NCBI GenBank assembly: GCA_037137755.1
Contig: JBAXJR010000008.1
Span: 1 to 64,000, forward strand
Direction of reading: 5' to 3'
DNA: 64,000 bases
DNA from: Methanomicrobiales archaeon
GTDB taxonomy: Archaea > Halobacteriota > Methanomicrobia > Methanomicrobiales > Methanospirillaceae
Each line of letters begins with the position of its first letter. Position 1 is the stretch's first letter. This document shows, piece by piece, positions 60,339 to 64,000 of this stretch. The position numbers and the translations under genes were made by a program. A model generated the notes under the pieces. It did no database searches, was not told the DNA's origin, and saw only the letters and a list, made by a program, of their open reading frames with translations.

Positions 60339-61138
60339 TATTCAGACCTCCAGCCGGTTACGAGGCCGTCGATAGCCTTAAGAATATCACGCGGCGTTGC
60401 ACCCCAGTGGACAACCGCCCCGAATTTTCCATTGTACCTTCCAATCCCGCCCCGTTCCTTCTGGCAGCACCGGGTGATGAACGGTTCTTCCGTGACGGTC
60501 CCGATTGGACAGATGTCGATCAGGGTAAAATCATCCCCGTAACATTCCTGGTATATCCCGGAACTGGCCCTGCAGCCTGCAATCGTTTCACCACCAACCA
60601 TCGGGTCTGCATCAAGAGTCCTCGGGAAACCTGCCGCCCTGCAGGGGTGGACCTCGGCACCGGTCTGTGAAATATCTGTGACATGGTGCACGAACAGGAT
60701 ATCCAGTTCCCCGAACAGCCCGATTGCCTCCATTTCCTTTACCCGGTCTGACAGGACAGGGAGCGGGGGTTTCACATCGTAGACATGAACGGTCAGCAGT
60801 ATTGCAGGGTCAGGATCAAGCACGAATGTCACGTGCTCGTCATGTCCGGAGAAGATAGTACAGCGTCGCCCTGATTCCATCCCAAGCCGGATGAGCCCGG
60901 CCCGGTTGGCGATATTGACCCGTTCCGGGTACCAGGTAACATCATCCGCGGACGCTATCACTTCCTCGGCGATCACCTTCCTCATCAGCCCTTTTTCGGC
61001 GGGATCGGTTGTCACCCGGACGATCTCATGGCCGGTACCGGTCTTGTGGATAAGGTACTGCGAGAGAAAATACACACACCTCCCGCAGGGTTCCGTATCC
61101 GCATAGCCAATGTCTTTGTATTCCCGTGGGAAGATCAT
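60338..61138 (-). CDS. Cys-rich hypothetical protein within the aks operon
   Basis: 266 aa; overlaps both neighbours; nine Cys; no recognised family. Confidence 0.75.
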   Translation of the reverse strand: MIFPREYKDIGYADTEPCGRCVYFLSQYLIHKTGTGHEIVRVTTDPAEKGLMRKVIAEEVIASADDVTWYPERVNIANRAGLIRLGMESGRRCTIFSGHDEHVTFVLDPDPAILLTVHVYDVKPPLPVLSDRVKEMEAIGLFGELDILFVHHVTDISQTGAEVHPCRAAGFPRTLDADPMVGGETIAGCRASSGIYQECYGDDFTLIDICPIGTVTEEPFITRCCQKERGGIGRYNGKFGAVVHWGATPRDILKAIDGLVTGWRSE

Positions 61139-61608
61139 GGCTTCTTTGACCTCCAGAGGGGAACAAGCCCCCCTGCAAGAAGGATCTCCTTCATCCTTGC
61201 AGACAGGGGCCGGATTGGAGCACTTGAGCCACCGCAGGAAACAACCCCCTTGTCAAGGTCAATTATCACCTCGTCGCCTTCGGCACACTGGCATTCCCCT
61301 TCAACAACCGGGAGTCCCACGTTTATGGCGTTACGGAAGAATATCCGGGAGAAGGAGGGAGCGACAACAGCCTGCAGCCCTGCTTCTTTCAGGGCAACGG
61401 CGGCCTGTTCGCGTGAAGACCCGCACCCAAAATTCCTGCCTGCAACAATGACCGATCCTTTGAGCCTGGCCCCGAGCGCCGGATCGAGGTCTTCGAATAC
61501 GTGTTCGACCCAGACCGTCCGGTCTTTTGTCCGGAGATACCGGCCTGCGATGATGACGTCGGTGTCGATATCGGGCCCAAGGCAGATTGCCTTCCCTTCA
61601 ATGTGCAT
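61135..61608 (-). CDS. aksE: Homoaconitase small subunit
   Basis: DTDVII, YLRT loop (homoaconitase-type rather than the YLVY isopropylmalate isomerase type), NFGCGSSREQA. Confidence 0.82.
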   Translation of the reverse strand: MHIEGKAICLGPDIDTDVIIAGRYLRTKDRTVWVEHVFEDLDPALGARLKGSVIVAGRNFGCGSSREQAAVALKEAGLQAVVAPSFSRIFFRNAINVGLPVVEGECQCAEGDEVIIDLDKGVVSCGGSSAPIRPLSARMKEILLAGGLVPLWRSKKP

Positions 61609-62818
61609 GATGCACCTCCGGGACTGTCAGGACGCCGGTAAGGGCGCTCGCTGCCGCCGTTGCAACCGAGGCGAGATACACGCTGCCACCAATACCCATC
61701 CGGTTCGTAAAATTACGGTTTGCCGTCGAGAGGCAGACTTCACCTTCCCCGATGACCCCCATGTGTGCCCCGAGGCAGGGACCGCAACCGGGTGTGCCGA
61801 TCGTGCAGCCTGACGCAATAATGGTCGAGAGGACGCCCGTATCGGCTGCTTTGCGGAGGACTTCTGCCGAGGATGGGATTACGATGGTCCTCACGTTTAC
61901 CTTCTTACCCCGGACGATTGACGCAAAACGCTGCAAGTCTTCAAAACGCCCGTTTGTACAGGTACCTACGAAGACCTGGTCAAGGGGCAGGCCTTCAAGC
62001 GATTCAACGGGTCTTGCCGAATCGACCCGTGGCGGCACGGCGACCACGGGGACAAGGTCTGACAAGTCAATCGTAAGCTCTTTTCCATACGAGCAGTCCT
62101 CAGGTACCTGGCTTTCCACCGGGTGGCCGAACTGCAGGAGGTACTGGCAGGTCACGTCATCGGCGTAAAAGAGGCCGGTTTTTGCACCGGCTTCCGTAGA
62201 AAGATTTGAAATGGTGAGCCTGCCTTCCATGGAGAGCGATTTCGTCCCGTCGCCGACATACTCTAATGCCTGGTAGGACGCTCCCTCCATGCCGAGCTGG
62301 GAAATAACTGTAAGGGCCAGGTCCTTCGCCTCAACCGGATAGCTCAATGTCCCTGACAGGCGGATACCGATTGTTTCGGGAACACGGAACCACGTAGAAC
62401 CCGACGCCCAGATGGCAGCCATATCGGTCGCTCCTACACCCGTTGCAAACGCACCGAATGCACCAAGGGTGCAGGTGTGGGAATCGGCCCCGACCACGAC
62501 CTCCCCGGGAATTACCTCTCCTTCACCCATCAGCTGGTGACAGACACCGCCCCCGATATCGGAGAAATGGATCCCGTGTGACCTGGCAAAATCCCGTAAC
62601 TCTTTCTGGAGAAATGCAGTAGTGCTGTTGTTTGCCGGGACGATGTGGTCGAAGAGGATATACAGTCGTTCCGGGAACGCCGGGCCGGGGCAACCCATCT
62701 CCTTCCAGGCTTCGAGGGTGAGTACACCGGTACCGTCATGCACGTATGCCCGGTCAACCTGTACATCGACATAGTCCCCGGCCGCTGCGCCGAGGATCCG
62801 TTCGGAAAGCGTCCTCAT
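61598..62818 (-). CDS. aksD: Homoaconitase large subunit
   Basis: FDHIVP, GVCHQ, DSHTCT, GTCTNGR, CGPCLG and TANRNF; operon context. Confidence 0.82.
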   Translation of the reverse strand: MRTLSERILGAAAGDYVDVQVDRAYVHDGTGVLTLEAWKEMGCPGPAFPERLYILFDHIVPANNSTTAFLQKELRDFARSHGIHFSDIGGGVCHQLMGEGEVIPGEVVVGADSHTCTLGAFGAFATGVGATDMAAIWASGSTWFRVPETIGIRLSGTLSYPVEAKDLALTVISQLGMEGASYQALEYVGDGTKSLSMEGRLTISNLSTEAGAKTGLFYADDVTCQYLLQFGHPVESQVPEDCSYGKELTIDLSDLVPVVAVPPRVDSARPVESLEGLPLDQVFVGTCTNGRFEDLQRFASIVRGKKVNVRTIVIPSSAEVLRKAADTGVLSTIIASGCTIGTPGCGPCLGAHMGVIGEGEVCLSTANRNFTNRMGIGGSVYLASVATAAASALTGVLTVPEVHHAH

Positions 62819-63948
62819 GCCAGTGACCCCTCTCCCTGGACCCTCGTTATCAGTTCAAGAAGGCGTTCGGGAGTGACCACCGTTTTGTGCTCCCCTTCAG
62901 TTTTCACGAGTTCAAGAACACGGCATACCTGGCCTTTCGAAAGCTTGAACCCGAGTGCGGACACCACGTATTCGAGCGCTTTCGACCCGGTATGTTTCCC
63001 GAGAATGAATTTTCGCTCGCCGCCGACCATTTCCGGGGAGAAATATTCGTACGTCTGTGGGTCCTGGAGAATTGCAGCGATGTGGATGCCACTCTCGTGG
63101 GAAAATGCATGGGCACCCACGACCGGCTGGGTCCTTGCTACGGGAATATTAGATGCCTTTTCAACCAGTTTAGAGAGCTTTTGCAGGTGGGTCAGGTCAT
63201 ATCGTTCTACCCCTGCTTTCATGCGGAGGGCCACGAGGACAGACTCAAGGGGAGCGTTCCCCGCCCGTTCGCCAATGCCATTGACCGTTGTATGGAGCTG
63301 GAACGCCCCGGCCTCTGCTGCGGTAATCGTGTTCGCCGCAGCGAAACCCATGTCATTATGGCAGTGTGCACAGACCGGGACACGCACGGTTGATACGAGG
63401 TCCCCCATTACTTCGTACATCTCAAGCGGGGTGAGGCACCCGACCGTATCCGCAAAAGACAGGAGGTGGGCACCGTGGTCTTCACCCTGGCGGAATACTT
63501 CCTTTAAGAAACCACGGTCAGTACGGGAGGCATCTTCAGCAGCAAACCGTACTGCAATCCCATGATCGTGGACGAATTCAACGATACCAAGTGCCGCCGC
63601 AAGGACTTCCTCCCTGGGTTTTTTGTATTTATGCCTGATATGGAGGTCAGATGTCGCGATAAATATGCTGACCAGGTCAACACCGCAATCTATCGCACAC
63701 TCGGCGTCCTCTTTTCGTGCCCTTGCAAGGCAACAGACCCGTGCATCAAGGCCCATTGCGGCGATCTCGGTCACGCACTTTTTCTCATCCGCCGACACGA
63801 TGGGAAACCCGGCCTCGATTACTTCGACCCCGACATCATCGAGAACGCGGGCAATCGACTTCTTTTCATCGCAGGTGAACGACACACCCGGCGTCTGTTC
63901 TCCATCCCGGAGCGTCACATCGCAGATTTCAACATTCCACGGTTTCAT
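62815..63948 (-). CDS. aksA: Homocitrate synthase family protein AksA
   Basis: DVTLRDGEQ, HCHND, GIGERAGN and HESGIH; lacks the LeuA regulatory domain; heads the aksD-aksE operon. Confidence 0.82.
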   Translation of the reverse strand: MKPWNVEICDVTLRDGEQTPGVSFTCDEKKSIARVLDDVGVEVIEAGFPIVSADEKKCVTEIAAMGLDARVCCLARARKEDAECAIDCGVDLVSIFIATSDLHIRHKYKKPREEVLAAALGIVEFVHDHGIAVRFAAEDASRTDRGFLKEVFRQGEDHGAHLLSFADTVGCLTPLEMYEVMGDLVSTVRVPVCAHCHNDMGFAAANTITAAEAGAFQLHTTVNGIGERAGNAPLESVLVALRMKAGVERYDLTHLQKLSKLVEKASNIPVARTQPVVGAHAFSHESGIHIAAILQDPQTYEYFSPEMVGGERKFILGKHTGSKALEYVVSALGFKLSKGQVCRVLELVKTEGEHKTVVTPERLLELITRVQGEGSLA

Positions 63949-64000
63949 GGTGTCTCCCTTCCGGACAGTTTCCTTCAATAATCACAACTATCGGCGATTC

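Noticed and set aside
62645-63565. Long antisense ORFs (306 aa here; also 25620-26495, 33413-34195 and 61028-61813)
   Set aside because: Shadow frames opposite well-conserved genes, with no protein motifs.
59361-63948. Leucine biosynthesis (leuA/C/D/B) assignment
   Set aside because: The synthase lacks the LeuA regulatory domain and the small subunit has the YLRT homoaconitase loop, favouring the Aks pathway; the dehydrogenase call rests on context only.

Overview
Chromosomal window from a methanogenic archaeon of the order Methanomicrobiales, probably a sheathed lineage, since it carries a homologue of the Methanospirillum-type major sheath protein. Housekeeping content includes mch, orc1/cdc6, apgM, tRNA-Val(TAC), nifB, nudC, ogg, ahcY, hisF, endA-trpS-pheS-pheT, nfo and a coenzyme B chain-elongation operon (aksA-aksD-aksE-orfX-aksF). 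It is interspersed with cell-surface and signalling accessory genes. The most striking feature is a five-gene minus-strand cluster (15.9-21.5 kb) next to tRNA-Val. It reads like an usher-less, donor-strand-complemented pilus or WxL-like surface complex: a small pilin-like subunit with an N-terminal extension, a paralogous subunit lacking that extension but carrying IPT/TIG domains, an MspA-like sheath protein paralogue, a membrane-anchored DUF916/PapD-like chaperone candidate, and a membrane anchor bearing a lone donor-strand-like N-terminus. Other items of note are a Cys-rich unknown gene inside the CoB operon, a structured ahcY leader, two diverged copies of a MITE-like repeat, two pseudogenes, a degenerate histidine kinase and a FabH-like enzyme with a non-canonical triad. 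All family calls come from motif recognition by eye; no database searches were run.
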